DNA of 64,000 nucleotides from Hyalangium minutum (GTDB lineage: Bacteria; Myxococcota; Myxococcia; Myxococcales; Myxococcaceae). Shown here in pieces: positions 29,858 through 42,700 of the stretch. The stretch spans positions 217,394 through 281,393 of the forward strand of contig NZ_JMCB01000003.1 in the NCBI RefSeq assembly GCF_000737315.1, in the 5' to 3' direction. Positions within the stretch are counted from its first letter, which is position 1, and every line of letters starts with the position of its first letter. A program made the translations under genes and the position numbers. The notes below the pieces were generated by a model. It ran no database searches. It saw nothing but the letters and a program-made list of their open reading frames with translations, and was not told the origin of the DNA.

Positions 29858-30723
29858 GGCCCTCAAGCGGAATAGGCAGCTGGCTCGTGTTGGCCCTCGC
29901 GGTGCTGTCCGGGTGCGATGACTCGCGAACGGTGGCGAAGGTGGGGCGCACGGGCCTGACGGTGGAGGACGTGACGCAGCTGCGCGCCGCGCAGAGCCCG
30001 AGCGTCCGCGCCGCGCCGGAGCAGACGCTGGAGGTGCTGGTGGATCGCGCCCTGCTGGCCGAGGAGGCCCGGCGCCAGAAACTGCACGAGCAGCCCACGG
30101 TGAAGGCCCAGCTCGCGGCCGCCGAGCGGGAGCTCCTGGCGCATGCGGTGCTGGAGCGGGCGGTGGCTCCCAGCGTGACGGACGAGGCGCTGCGCGCGCG
30201 CTACGAGGCCGCGCGCTCCCGGCTGGAGCGCCGCGAGGTGCACGTGGCCCAGATCTTCGCGCGGATGCCCGAGGGCTCTGATGAGAAGACTCGGCGCCAG
30301 GCGCAGGTGCGCATCAACCAAGCCTATGCCCGGCTCGCGGGCGGAGAGCCTTTCGAGACCGTGGCGCGCGAGCTGTCCGAGGACTTGGTGAGCGCGCCCC
30401 AAGGAGGAGAGCTCGGCGTGGTTCGGGAGGGAGGAGTGGATCCAGCGTTCTTCGCCCAGGCCGTGGCGCTGGCCGCAGGCGCTTGGTCCAAGCCGTTCAT
30501 CACGCCCTTCGGCTGGCACGTGGTGAAGGCGCTTGAGGCGTCGAAGACGGTGGTGCCCTCCTTTGATGAGGCGAGAGGTGTGCTGGAGTCCGAGGCGCGC
30601 CAGGAGGCCCAGGCGAAGCTGATGGAGCGGCTGCGTCAGGAGATCTCGGTCCGTCGCTACCCGGAGCGGCTCAAGCTGGCAGAGGAGAAGAGCAAGCCCC
30701 AGGGCGAGGGGGAGGCGAGATGA
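29854..30723 (+). CDS. Peptidyl-prolyl cis-trans isomerase, parvulin (PpiC) type. It is a PrsA/SurA-like foldase lipoprotein.
   Basis: The ATG at 29854 overlaps the TGA of the giant gene (ATGA). The N-terminus MRPSSGIGSWLVLALAVLSGCDD is a signal peptide with an LSGC lipobox. The C-terminal parvulin signature is PFITPFGWHVVKALE. A SurA-like N-terminal chaperone region rich in A/E/R helices is present. Confidence 0.85.
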   Translation: MRPSSGIGSWLVLALAVLSGCDDSRTVAKVGRTGLTVEDVTQLRAAQSPSVRAAPEQTLEVLVDRALLAEEARRQKLHEQPTVKAQLAAAERELLAHAVLERAVAPSVTDEALRARYEAARSRLERREVHVAQIFARMPEGSDEKTRRQAQVRINQAYARLAGGEPFETVARELSEDLVSAPQGGELGVVREGGVDPAFFAQAVALAAGAWSKPFITPFGWHVVKALEASKTVVPSFDEARGVLESEARQEAQAKLMERLRQEISVRRYPERLKLAEEKSKPQGEGEAR

Positions 30724-33700
30724 TCCGCCGCGCTCCGCGATGGCTGTGGCTCGTGCTGGGGCTGGTGACACTGGCCACGGCGTGCGACCGGCGCTCCAGC
30801 GAGGAGCCCGCGTCCGCCGCGCCGCCCGCGCAGGCTGCTCAACAGGCACAGGCGCTGTCCGGAAGCACGTGCGACAGCGTGGCTCCCACCGGCATGGCGC
30901 CGGGGTGGAAGGTGGCGCCGATCCAGGCTGCGGGCCAGAACGTCGCGAGCACGATCTTCCCGGCGTCCGTCGGTGAGCGGGCGATCCTGATCCTGCAGGA
31001 GTCGGCGGAGGCGCTGAATCAGGAGTTCAAGACGGAGGCCTCCCTCAACGGTGTGGACTGGGTGGCCATCTCCCGGCAGAGGCCGCTGGCGGCGCGGGTG
31101 GTGCAGCTGAGTGCCTCGAACCGGCTGGAGCTGGAGACGAACGGAGGCGTGGCACGGACGTCCGTGGCGGCGCTGTCGCCGCTGCCGTGCGCGGCGGTGG
31201 AGGCACGCGTGACGCACGCGGGAGGCTCGGCCGCCACCGTGGAGACGCGCACCTTCACATGGCCCATGGGAGCAGGCCCGGCCCTGCTGGTGGTGGAGTC
31301 GGGCAGTGCGTCGCAGGTGACGGGGCGGGTGGTGCTGGGCAGCCTGACGGTGCAGGTGCCGGCCGCAGGCCAGCTCCCCGTGGTGGAGGTGGTGTCGCCG
31401 CAGGCGAGCAACACGCTGCGAGTCGAGGTGGGAGGCAGCGCGGGCGCGTGGGTCCGGGCAGTGGTGGTGGAGCCGGACATGTTGCCGCCCATCGTGAGCA
31501 TGGGGCAGCCCGCGGAGGGCGCGCAGCTGAACGCCTCGCCGGTGGAGGTCCAGGGCACCGCGGGAGCCGGGGCGGTGGCCGTGAAGGTGGGGGCGGTGGA
31601 CGCGGTGCTGTCGCAAGGCCAGTACACGGCGCAGGTGCCGCTGGTGGAGGGGCCCAACGCGCTGGTGGCCGAGGTGAGAGACCAGTGCGGCAACGTGGCG
31701 CGAGTGTGCCGGCCGGTGGTGCTGACGACGGCGCCGCCCACCGTTGTTATCGAGGGAGTTACTGACGGCCAGGTCTCGCGCGAGCCACTGCACCCCACGT
31801 GGACGGTGACGAGCAGCGGCCCGGTCACGGTGGAGGCGACGCTGGATGGCGCGCCCTTCGTCGGCGGCACGGCTGTAACGGCCGAGGGCTCGCACGAGCT
31901 GCGGGTCATGGTGCGGGACGCGGCGGGCCGGGAGGCGCAGGCGCAGGTGGGCTTCGCGATCGACACCACACCGCCGCGACTCACGCTGACAGGAGTGGAA
32001 GAGGGGGAGCGGCGCAATACTCCGGCGGTGCTCGGCTTCACGGTGGAGGAGGAGCACCCGGGCTCGGTGGAGGCCACCCTGGATGGGGCTCCCATGGCCT
32101 CGGGGGACACGGTCTCGGCGGAGGGCGCGCATGTGTGGACGGTGGCGGCCACGGACGCGGCGGGCAACCGGTCCGAGGTGCAGCGCCACTTCGTGGTGGA
32201 TGTGACGGCTCCCACGCTGGAGGTGCTCTCACCCGCGCCGGGCAGCTTCACCCAGGCGGGCTCCGTCGAGGTGGTGGTGGCGGCGGCGGATGACGGGCCG
32301 GTGGCGGGCGTGTGGCTGGGGAACGCGGAGCTGACGCTCGGCACGGACGGGAAGTACCGGAGCCTGGTGGTGTTGGAGGAGGGCAGCAACCTGCTGGTGC
32401 TGGTGGCTCGGGATGCGGCGGGCAACAGCGCGCAGAGCTCGCTGGCCGTGACGCGGGACTCCACGCCGCCCCAGCTCACCCTCACCACCCCGGCCGAGGG
32501 CGCGAAGGTGGCGGGGGACTCGGTGCAGGTGGAGGGACAGGCGCAGGACACCACGCCGCTCACGGTGCGCGTGGCGGGGATGACCGCGGCGGTCGCGGCG
32601 GATGGTCACTTCCAGCTCTCGGTGGCCGTGGCGCAGGGCCCTGTCTCCCTGGAGGTGGTGGCCACGGATGCGGCGGGGAACACCGCGCGTCTGGTGCGCG
32701 GCATCCGCGTCAACACCACGCCCCCGAGGTTGGATCTGACGGCACCGGCCTCGGGCACGGTCACCGAGGAGTCCTCCATCGAGGTGTCCGGCTTCGCGAG
32801 GGCGGCGGATCGCACGGACACGGTGCGGGTAGAGGTGGCGGGAACCGAGCACGGTGTGAGGGCGGATGGCAGCTTCTCGGTGCAGGTGCCGCTGGAGGTG
32901 GGCCTGAACACCGTGTCCGTCACGGCGGTGGATGGCTATGGCCTGCGCACCCCGCGCACCGTGCGGGTGGAGCGCCAGGGGCCTCAGGGGCCCGGTCCTG
33001 GAGATGGAGGCTCGGGAGACGGTTCGGGAGGCGGCACGGACGGAGGCTCGGGGGAAGACACCCCGGATGCAGGCAGCGGAGCGCCGGATGCGGGCTCGCC
33101 CGGTCCCGTGCCGGATGGCGGCATCCCGAGCGAGCCTCCGGTGCTGGTGCTGGCCTCGCCCCAGGAGAACAGCCTCTGGGGTGTGGAGCGGGTGTCGGTG
33201 CTGGGCCGTGTGGAGGGCGGAGACCTGCCGCTGCAGGTGACGGTGGATGGACTGCCAGCCGCGGTGACGGGGCGCCAGTTCTCCGCATCGGTGGCGCTGC
33301 CTGAAGGCTCCTCGATGCTGCACGTGCGCGCCGTGGACGCGCTGGGCCGGATCGCCGAGGTGCGGCGGCAGGTGAGGGTGGATCAGACACCGCCCTTCTT
33401 GGAAGTGACGCGGCCGGAGCAGCCGTCGACGACCGTGAGCGAATCCCCATACCTGGTGGAGGGCCTCGCGGGAGACGCGTACCTCGCGGGCGTCACGGTG
33501 AACGGGGCGCCGGTGATGGTGCTGGCCGGGCACTTCTCGTCCTCGGTGGCCCTGGTCGCGGGAGACAACACCGTGGAGGTGGAGGCGGTGGATCTCGCGG
33601 GTAACCGCTCGCGCGCCGTCCGGACCTTGCGGGTGGAAGCGCTGCCGCCTCAGCTGACCGTGCTGGAGCCGGTCGATGGCTCGGAGGCCACCGAGCCGGT

Positions 33701-36700
33701 GGTGAGGGTGACGGTGAAGGTCGAGTCCTCCGCGCCGCTCGACGAGGTGCGCATCGGCACGGGCATCGCGGCGAACCTGGGCTCGGGCCAGTACACGGCC
33801 CAGGTGCCGCTGGCGCTGGGAGAGAACGTCATCCCCGTGAGCGCGCGGGACACGCTGGGGATGACGGGCTCGGCCACCGTGCGCGTGCGCTACCGCGATC
33901 CGAGCACTGAGCCGTTGACCGTGACGGGGGTGGATCCCTCGGATCAGGCCACGGAGCTGGAGCCGGACACGCTGGTGAACGTGGCCTTCAACAAGGCCGT
34001 GAAGCCTGCGTCGGTGCGGGCGGGCTTCACGGTGAGCGTGGAAGGGCAGCCGCTGGCGGGCGGCTGGTCCGTCGCGCACGGAGCACAGATCGTCTCCTTC
34101 ATTGCGCGCGATCCGCTGCCGGAGGGCGCCACGCTGCAGGTACGGGTAGCGGGCGTGGAGCCGGTGCAGGGGCCGGGGATGCAGGGCGAGTTCCGCAGCA
34201 TGTTCACGGTGCGCCGTCCACTGACCCGGCTGCGCGGCCAGGTGGTGGACGCGCGGCGCGAGCCCGTGTCCGGCGTACGGGTGGAGGTGGAGGGCCAGGG
34301 CCTCTTCACGCGCACGGGAGCGGACGGCAACTGGGCCCTCTTTGGGGTGCAGCCGGGGCAGGTGGTGCTGCGCTACGAGGGAGGCGCCTCCTCGGAAGGG
34401 CAGGTCTTCCCCACGGTCCGCCGGCGGTTCGCCGTGGAGGCCGAGCGGGACAATGAGGAGTCCACCGTGGTGCTGACGCCCGTGGACGCCGAGTCCGCGG
34501 AGCCGGTGGATACCTCCCTGCCGCTGCACCTCACCTTTGGGGGGAGGCATGGGGCGCTGGAGGTGGACATCCCCGCGGGGGGGCTCATTCTCGAAGGAGG
34601 ATCGACGCGCGGCCTGGTGACGCTCACGCAGCTGCCGCTCCACTCGCTCCCGGTGCCCACGGAAGGCGCCTTGCGCCCGGTGGTGGTGTGGCAGCTCCAG
34701 CCCGCCGGGACGCGCCTGGTGCGGCCGGTGGTGCTCCGCCTGCCCAATCGGCTGAGTGCGCCGCCCGGCAGCCGGGCCGCGCTGTTCACGTATGATCCCG
34801 AGGCGCACCGGCTGCACATCGCGGGGCTGGCCACGCTCAGCGCGGATGGCACACAGCTCGTGTCGGACGGTGTGCTCGAGGCCGGCTCGCTGGAGTACTT
34901 CGGCTACCTGCCGCTGCCCGAGGAGTCCTCCGTCGCGCGGGCCGGGGCCGTCTCTCCCCGTGTGGCGAACCTGGGCCCGCTGCCCCGGCCACCGTCTGAC
35001 GGGCTCATCCGCCCGCTGACCCAGGGCTTCGGGCTGGATCCTGGCAGCGCGCTCGCCATCTGGGACTCCTACCAGCCCTTCATCGCTCCCGCCGCCGTCA
35101 TGGGGACGGTCCGAGGGCCTCGCGAGCAGGCGGTGGCCCTCGATCTCTCCTCGCCGAGCCTGGGCGAGTCGCGGCGGGTGGCGTTGGATTCGCAGCTGCG
35201 CTACCGGATGCCGCTCTCGGTTCAGGCCCGCTCGCTCTATCCCCTCTCGAGCAGTGGCCGGGATTCGCTCGTGCTGGCCCTCGAGGGCGTGGGCCCCGAG
35301 GGACAACGGCTGGGGCCGCCCAGCGGGGGCTCCTGGCGGCAGGAGAGCCCCCAGGGGCAGCGCGCGGAGCTGTCCACGCAGGTCGAACTCTCGCTCGGGA
35401 CCAGCTCGCTCTGGGCCACGGGCACCACGGCGCGCGGACGCAACGTACTCCGGCTGAACGCCGAGCTGTCCCTGGCGGATGGAGGCGTACCGGATGGGGG
35501 CGCGACCTCGGGATTGCTGCGCGTCCAGCGGGGGGATGGAGGCTCGGCAGGAGGGGAGGACAGTGAGGGACTGGTCCGCTTCGCGGGCATGCCTGTCCGG
35601 GTGACCGATGGCTGGCACGAAGGAGGGTCGATCTCCGGCCCGGCGGGCCGGTATGCCGCCTCGATCATCATGCTCCAGTCCTCCTGGATCCCTCCCGCGT
35701 CGGTCCTGGCCTGTGTTCGCCTGCCCATCGGATGGAACGTCCAGAGCTGGGTGGCGTGGGATGGCCGTGTCCGCACGCGCAAGGCCCCCTCCACCGCGGA
35801 GGAGTGCTCGGGCCCCTGGGAAGTCCTGGCCTGGCCTTCGCCCATCATCCCCGACATCGACGTGCTCGTGGATGTGCGGTGGTTGCACGGCAACATCACG
35901 TTCGTGGATCGGCAGGGCGAGCCGCTCCCGCCGCCGTGCAGCGACTTGGTGGTGCGCCAGGGCACCGAGGTGACCGGGCTGTCGCAAGACGCCGTGCGGA
36001 GCACGGAGGTTCACTTCTTCCGGGAGGATAATCTCTCCACCCCCATCGTCAGCTACGCCGTCGCGGATCCCGAGCAGTGTGACTCGTATCCGGGGGCCCC
36101 GCATGGCCGCTATGCCAAGGTCCGCTACGGTCCCTCCACCCTGAGCCGCGTGGCCTCGCGCCGCGACAGCCAGCGGTTGCTCCCGGGGGACCGGCTGGTG
36201 GTGTTCGCCGTCAACCATGCCACGGGCTATTCGGGCATGGAGGTCGTCACCGTTCCCTCCGTCAACCAATCCTCTCGCGCCGAGGATGGGAGCTGCCCGG
36301 CGGATGACGCCGCGGGCGGCCCGATGGCCGTGCAAGATGGGAGTCGCACGGTCTCCGTCTCTCGCTGCACGCTGCAGGATCTCGGCATCGAGGCGGATCT
36401 CAAGCTGTACCCGCCGGAGATCGACGTGCGTGTGGAGCGCCAGTCTCGGGCCGAGGGATCTTCCCAGGAGGCCCTGGAGCCCAGCCTTGTCCGCCATAAG
36501 GGCGCGGCCACGACGCGGGACAACTTCGTGAGCGTTGCCACGCACTGGCGCGTCCGGCGCCAGCCCGCGCGCTCGTGGGATCCGGGGGTGTTGCCTCCCG
36601 TGAATTCTTCCTGCGAGGGCGGGAGCCAGGCGGCTGGAAGCACCTGTGCGCCCCAGATCCTCCTGGACGAGGGCCCGCGAGGCACATGGGCGGAGCACTA

Positions 36701-39700
36701 CTGCGGGGAACTTCCCGAGCCGCGGACCCCCGAGCAGCAGGCCCTCTGCCTGAAGGATGACCGCGAGCTGGCGGAGGTTCCGGTGGGGGTACCGCCCCTG
36801 GCTGGGCGCGTGGTGCGCATCACTGGCTCGGCGGTGGAGGAGCCAGCGGTGGCGAGCTTCCACGTGGCCCCGGGCCGCTCCACGACGACCGTGCAGACAG
36901 CGCTGCGGCGAGTGGAGCGGGACGGGCGCGAGGTGGTGCTCAACAACCTGACGCGTGCCTACTACTACGTGCAGGTGGTGGGGCACCCCGTGCTCCCGCG
37001 GGATCGCAACAGCGATGGCACGCTGGATCCCTCGGAGGAGAACGCGCCGCCGCCCGACTTCGAGGATGATGAGGACGCCCCGGGGATTCCCGAGGGAGTC
37101 GTCACGCTGAAGAGCGTCTACCGGAGCGTGGAGCCCGAGGGGCGCATCGAGCGCTACGATCGAGCGCTCGAGCACGAGTTCCGGGTGATGGAAGTGGGCT
37201 CCTCCCGGGTCACGGCACGGACGGAGCGGGGCGAGGAGCGCCCGCTGCCCCAGCCGGGGCAGCCTCCGTCGTCTGCGGCCGCCAGCCCGGAGGACGTGGC
37301 CTATCAGTTCCTGCTCAATCTGCTGGAGCCAGAAGATCCGGGGCGGACGGGGCCGCCGAGCAGCCAGTACGTGCTGCGGCTGGGCACGGACTCCTTCGGC
37401 ATCGAGTGCCCCATCGAGCTGAACGCCTCGGCGGGCACGCTGCGTGGCACGTGCGAGGGCGAGTACCTGCCGGAGGTGCTGAGCGCGGGGGATGTGCTCT
37501 ACCTCGAGGTGTACTTGCGCGGTAACGCGGAGAACGTGCTGTACCGCTTCAACTTCGACGGTCTGTCCATGCGGGAGGACTACCTGGGGGCCTCCAGCCG
37601 GTTCACCGCCCACCGCGCGGTGGAGCAGCAGAATGGCAAGCCCGTGGAGGATCGGCCGATCTCCCGGCTGAACGAGGCGCACTTCTTCCTCTCGCCTCAC
37701 GAGCTCAGCTCAGGACGGATCCGGCTCTGCACCAACGCGGAGTGCTCGGGCGACGGGGCGGTCATCAAGGACGCCACCGTCTTGTGGACGGCGGCGGGCT
37801 CCTACGCGGTGAGCGAGCAGGCGACGGGCAGTGCTCCGGGGCGGCTGGTCCAGGAGGTCACGTCAGGCGCAGGGAACGCGCGCCACCTTCGGCTGGGACT
37901 GCCTGCCTCGGTGACGGCGATGCCGGGGATCGCGGCGGCGGGCGCGGGGATCTTCCTGGTCAAGGACAGCGAGTCTCCGCCACGAGCGCGGCAGGTGGAG
38001 CGCCTGGGAACGCCGAAGGGACGCTTCCAGGGGCTGAACGCGCAGGCGCCGGGCCAGGAGGCCGTGGCGGGCATCAATGTGGCGGATCTGCACCTGGCCC
38101 TGACGCACACGGACTTCGCGGTGCCGCAGCTCGCGGGAGAGGTCTCCTTCTCCAGGACCTATGCCAACCAGAACGATCTGCCCTCGCCCATGGGCGTGGG
38201 CTGGAGGCACGAGCTGGACGGCTTCGTGCTCGAGGAGAGCCTCGGCCGCTATGTCGTGAACCTGGGTGGGCAGGCCTGGGGCTTCATCCGGTGCACCACC
38301 GTGGATGAGGAAGCGCAGACCGCCAGCGGGTGCATGACGGACAAGACCCACGGCATGTCGCTGAAGGTTGACAGCGAGGGCGTCCAGCTCACCACGGAGC
38401 AGGGGAGTGTGTACCGGTTCAACCGGCCGGCGGTGAAGCGGGACCAGGAGGGCCGGCGCAAGTGGCTGCTGACCAAGTTCCACGATGGCCATGGCCGAGG
38501 CGAGCAGGACGGGTGGACGCACCTCACCTATGCCGAGGGCACCAACCGGCTCACGCAAGCGAAGCGCACGCCTGGGGAGCTGTCGCTGGAGCTCAAGTAC
38601 TGCGAGGACTTCTCCCGCGAGGACTGCGATGGCGTGGCGCCGGACGCGCCTGGCAACCTCAAGTTCCTGGCGCGCAGCGAGGGCTTCAAGCTGCTGAAGG
38701 GCGTGGTTCTCAAGAACAGCCAGGGCCAGGAGCTGCACATCGTGCGCTTCAAGCACGACCGGTGGGGCAACCTGCTGGAGGCCGAGCGCACCACGGATCC
38801 GCCCACGCAGAAGTGGAAGTACACCTACGCGCCCATTGCCGATGACGTGCCGTCCATGATGGCCTGGCGTGCCATCAATGAGCTGTCCGAGGCTCGCCTC
38901 GAGGTGGCTGGTCATCCCCAGTGGGTCGCCACCTACGGGCGCGGCGGCGCCGAGTGCTATGCGCACCTCGAGGCCTTCGAGTGTGTGAGCTCGGTGACGC
39001 AGACAGGCTTCATGGGCAACGTCCTTCAGGTGCAGGGCGAGGCGGGCCATCGCCAGCTCAAGCTCCCCACGGGGAACTCCGCGGAGGTGTCACTCAATGA
39101 GTATGGGAACGTCACCTCCTCGGCGTCGGAGGGGCAGGCGGCGCGGCGGCTGACGTGGCCCAGCTCCCAGCGCGGGGGCGAGGTGCGGCTGGAGAAGTCA
39201 GTCTCTCCGAGCGGCCGGACCCTGCGCTATGGCACGGATCACCAGCTGCGCCTGGACGAGGTGAAGCTGGAGGGGAGCTCGGACGTGGTGGGGCTCGAAG
39301 CGGGGGCGCTCGTCTCCGTGTTGGCACGCGATGCCCGGGGCTTGCCTACCTCGGGGAAGCTGTCCACGGCCAATGGTCCGGCCGAGTGGTCCATGCCCCG
39401 CTCTCAGTCGGGGGACGTGCTGGGCCTCTCACTGGGGGGCACGCAGCTCTTCTCGCGGGTCACGGACGAGGAGGGCCGGATCACCTCGGAGCGGGATGCG
39501 CTGGGCAATACGACCACGTTCACGTTTGGCGCGTTGGGGTTGCCTGTCAGGATCCAGGTGTCCTCGGACTCCGCGACGTCGGGGCTCGTCCGCTACACGC
39601 TGGTGCTGGAGTACGACGCCTATGGGCGTCTGATCCGCCGCTTCAATGAGACGACGGGCGAAGCGGAGTCCTGGCGTTACGACGGCCAGGGCAACATGCT

Positions 39701-42700
39701 CGAGCACACGCTCACGGGGGAGCCGTCCGAACGGTGGACGTACACCTATACGTACGGCGATCAGCGGCTCACCGTGGTGGAGCGCCTGGAAGGCACGGCC
39801 TACACCCGCACCGCCCTCTTCGAGCAGGGGCTGCTGAAGAGCGAGCAGCTCAGCTACGGCACGGGCAACGCGTCACGTGCCTATGAGTACGAGGGCGGGC
39901 GGCTCAAGAAGAAGACAGACGAGCTGTCAGTCACCTGGGAATACACCTACGACAGCGCGGGCCGGCTGAAGGTGGTGAAAGCGAATGGCCGGACCGTGGA
40001 GTCCTACGGGCTGGATGAGGACGGCATCCTCATCTCCACCACGGACCGCGAAGGGCACACCACCCAGATCGGCAACGACTCGCTGGGGAGACCCGTCTCG
40101 TGGACCTATGAGGATGGGTACAAGGAGGAGGTGCGGCGGGATGCCCAGGGCGCCATCGTCTGGGAGAAGAAAATGTCTCCCGGCGCGGACAGAGCCCACG
40201 TCTTCGCTCAAGAGGTGGACGCGCTCGGACAGGTTCTGAGCCGCCGGAGCGCGGAAAATGGGAGCGGAGTGGAGATCGTCTCCACCTATGACGCCGCGGG
40301 GAGAGTGCGGACGCGAGAGGATCGGGGCAGGGGCCTGAACGAGTCCTTCGAGTATGGTGACGTGCTCGGAAGGCTGACGCGCTATCAGCGGACCGTGGCG
40401 TCCGCCGCGGGGAGCCAGAACTGGATCGAGACCCGTCAATACGTGGATGAAGGGGGCCGCACGGAGCTCCGCATCCTGCGCCAGATCGACACGGGTTTAG
40501 GGCCGCGGCAAGAGAACCAGGTCCTGGTGCTGGATGCGCTGGGGCGGGTGCTGAAGGACCAGCGTCTGGGTGCGGGGGTCTTCGAGTACACCTACGACGC
40601 GCGAGGCAACGTGCTGGAGCGTCGGCACTCCGTGCTGGGAACCACGTCGTATACCTACGACGGGTTGGGGAACCTGCTGTCGATGACGGAGCCGGGGGGC
40701 GTCACCACCACGTACACGGTGGATGCGGCAGGCCGGGTGCTCACGCAGGAGGGGCCTCACGATCAGGAGCGGTGGACGTTCACCTACGATCTGTTCGACC
40801 GGCCGCTGACGCAGGTGCTGGCGCAGGCCGGGAGCTCGCCGCAGGCTGCGTGGAGCTTCGAGTATCCGGGGAATGGGATCGTCATTGAGACGGATCCTCT
40901 GAGTATCGCGACGACCCGGCGTTTCAACTCGCGCGAGCTGCTGCTCTCGGAGGAGCGAGGGAGCCAGACGGCGGAGTACGCCTACGATGGAACGTGGCCT
41001 CGCCTGCACCTCATCTCCCATGAAGGTTCGGAGCGGAAGCTGACGCGGAGCTTCGATGACCTCGGGCGGCCGCTCCAGCAGGTGGAGTTCTGGAAACAGG
41101 GGGACCACTCCTATACGTACAGCACGACCACGGCTTGGACGGGCAGGCGCGGGACTCGCCAGGAGCGGTGGGAGGCCACGGACGCGAGCGTCCGGACGCT
41201 CACGGCGACGATCCGGGTGGACGGGCTGGGGAACCTCATCGAGCAGGAGCAGGGGGGCCTGACGGACGCTTGGGCCTACGATGCGGCCGGACTGTTGGCA
41301 CGTGAGGCACTGGCGGGGCGTCCGGAAAAGCGCTTCTTCTACGAGCAGGATCGGCTCGTCCGGATGGAGAACGGCTCGGAGACGACGCTGTACGAGTATG
41401 ACGCCGCGGGCCGGCAGTGGAAGGAGACGGATCCTTCGGGGCGCGAGCGCACGCGGGTCTACAACGCACAGGGCCTGGTGGCGAGCGAGCGCTTCGGAGC
41501 AGGGGAGACGCTGGAGTCCGCGTACACTTACGATCGAGGCGGGGGCCTCCGGACGCTGACGCGTGGCGGGGCACAGTGGAACTTCACGCATGGGCCTCGG
41601 GGGGAACTCCAGGCCGTCGAACTTCCGGGCGGGCTGGGGACCTTCACCTATCAATACGATGCCTTGCTGCAGCTCAAGGGGGTGACGCCTCCAGAGGGCG
41701 GGGGAGCAGCGGCACAGACCTTCGCGTATGACAACTGGGGCCGGCAGCTGCGCCGGACCCGAGGCTCCAGCGTCTGGTCCACGGCCTGGCAGGGCGGGTT
41801 GAGCACCACGAGCGACCCGAATGGCGACGTGGTGGAGCAGCTCTACGACGGCCGCGGCCGCGTCGTGCGTGAGCGCTTCGCTCCCGGGAACAGCAGCCGG
41901 CCCTTCCATGATCTGACAGCGGTGACGTACGCCTATGACGGGCTCGACCAGCTGCTGTTGGCGCAGGAGAGCCGCATCTCGGGAGCGGTCTCCAATGTGT
42001 ATGACTATGACGGGCGGAGCCGGCTGATCTCGATGCGGCGCGGCAGCGAGGAGATCTCATACACATACACGGAGAGCGGGCAGAAGCGGACGGTCACGTC
42101 TCCGTCCGGCACGTTGCGCTACGAATACGACGCGCAGGATCGGGTGCGGCGCATCGAGAGCAGCCAGGGGCCGGTGGTGGCGGTGGGCTGGGAGCCGGGA
42201 GGTCTGCTCTCGGAGGTCAGTGGCAACGGGGTGGTGGAGCGGTACGCGTATTGGGGCCATGGGCTCATCCGCTCCATCGCTTCGCAGTGGGACGGCCCCT
42301 CGGCGGGCACGCTGCGGTACGAGTACGGCTACGATGTGCGCGGCAACCGCCTGGAAGAGCGCTACACGGCACCGGGGGCCACGGCGTTCGAGGTGACGCA
42401 ATTCGGGTACGACGCGGCGGACCGGCTGACCGGGGTGCGCTACCCCACAGGCGAGGCCGAACTCTACCTCCTGGCAGCTGACGGCTCGCGCCTGGAGGAG
42501 AAGCACCTGCAGGGGTACTCAGGGGGACTGACTCCCCAGGCGCTGGCCAACGCCACGAATGCCACCCAGCACTGGCGGTACGCGTATGACACCGCGGGAG
42601 GGCTGCAACGCATTGATGACGTGTTGACGGGGGGCGTGGAAGCCCAGGTCACCACGGACGCGGGAGGCCGCGTCGTCGCGGAGATGCGAGGTGGCACCAC

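Noticed and set aside
32970-33125. A Gly/Ser/Asp/Pro-rich low-complexity stretch (QGPQGPGPGDGGSGDGSGGGTDGGSGEDTPDAGSGAPDAGSPGPVPDGG) inside the RHS gene. It was considered as a frameshift or an inserted element.
   Set aside because: The frame is maintained on both sides with Ig-like domains continuing. It is most simply a flexible interdomain linker.
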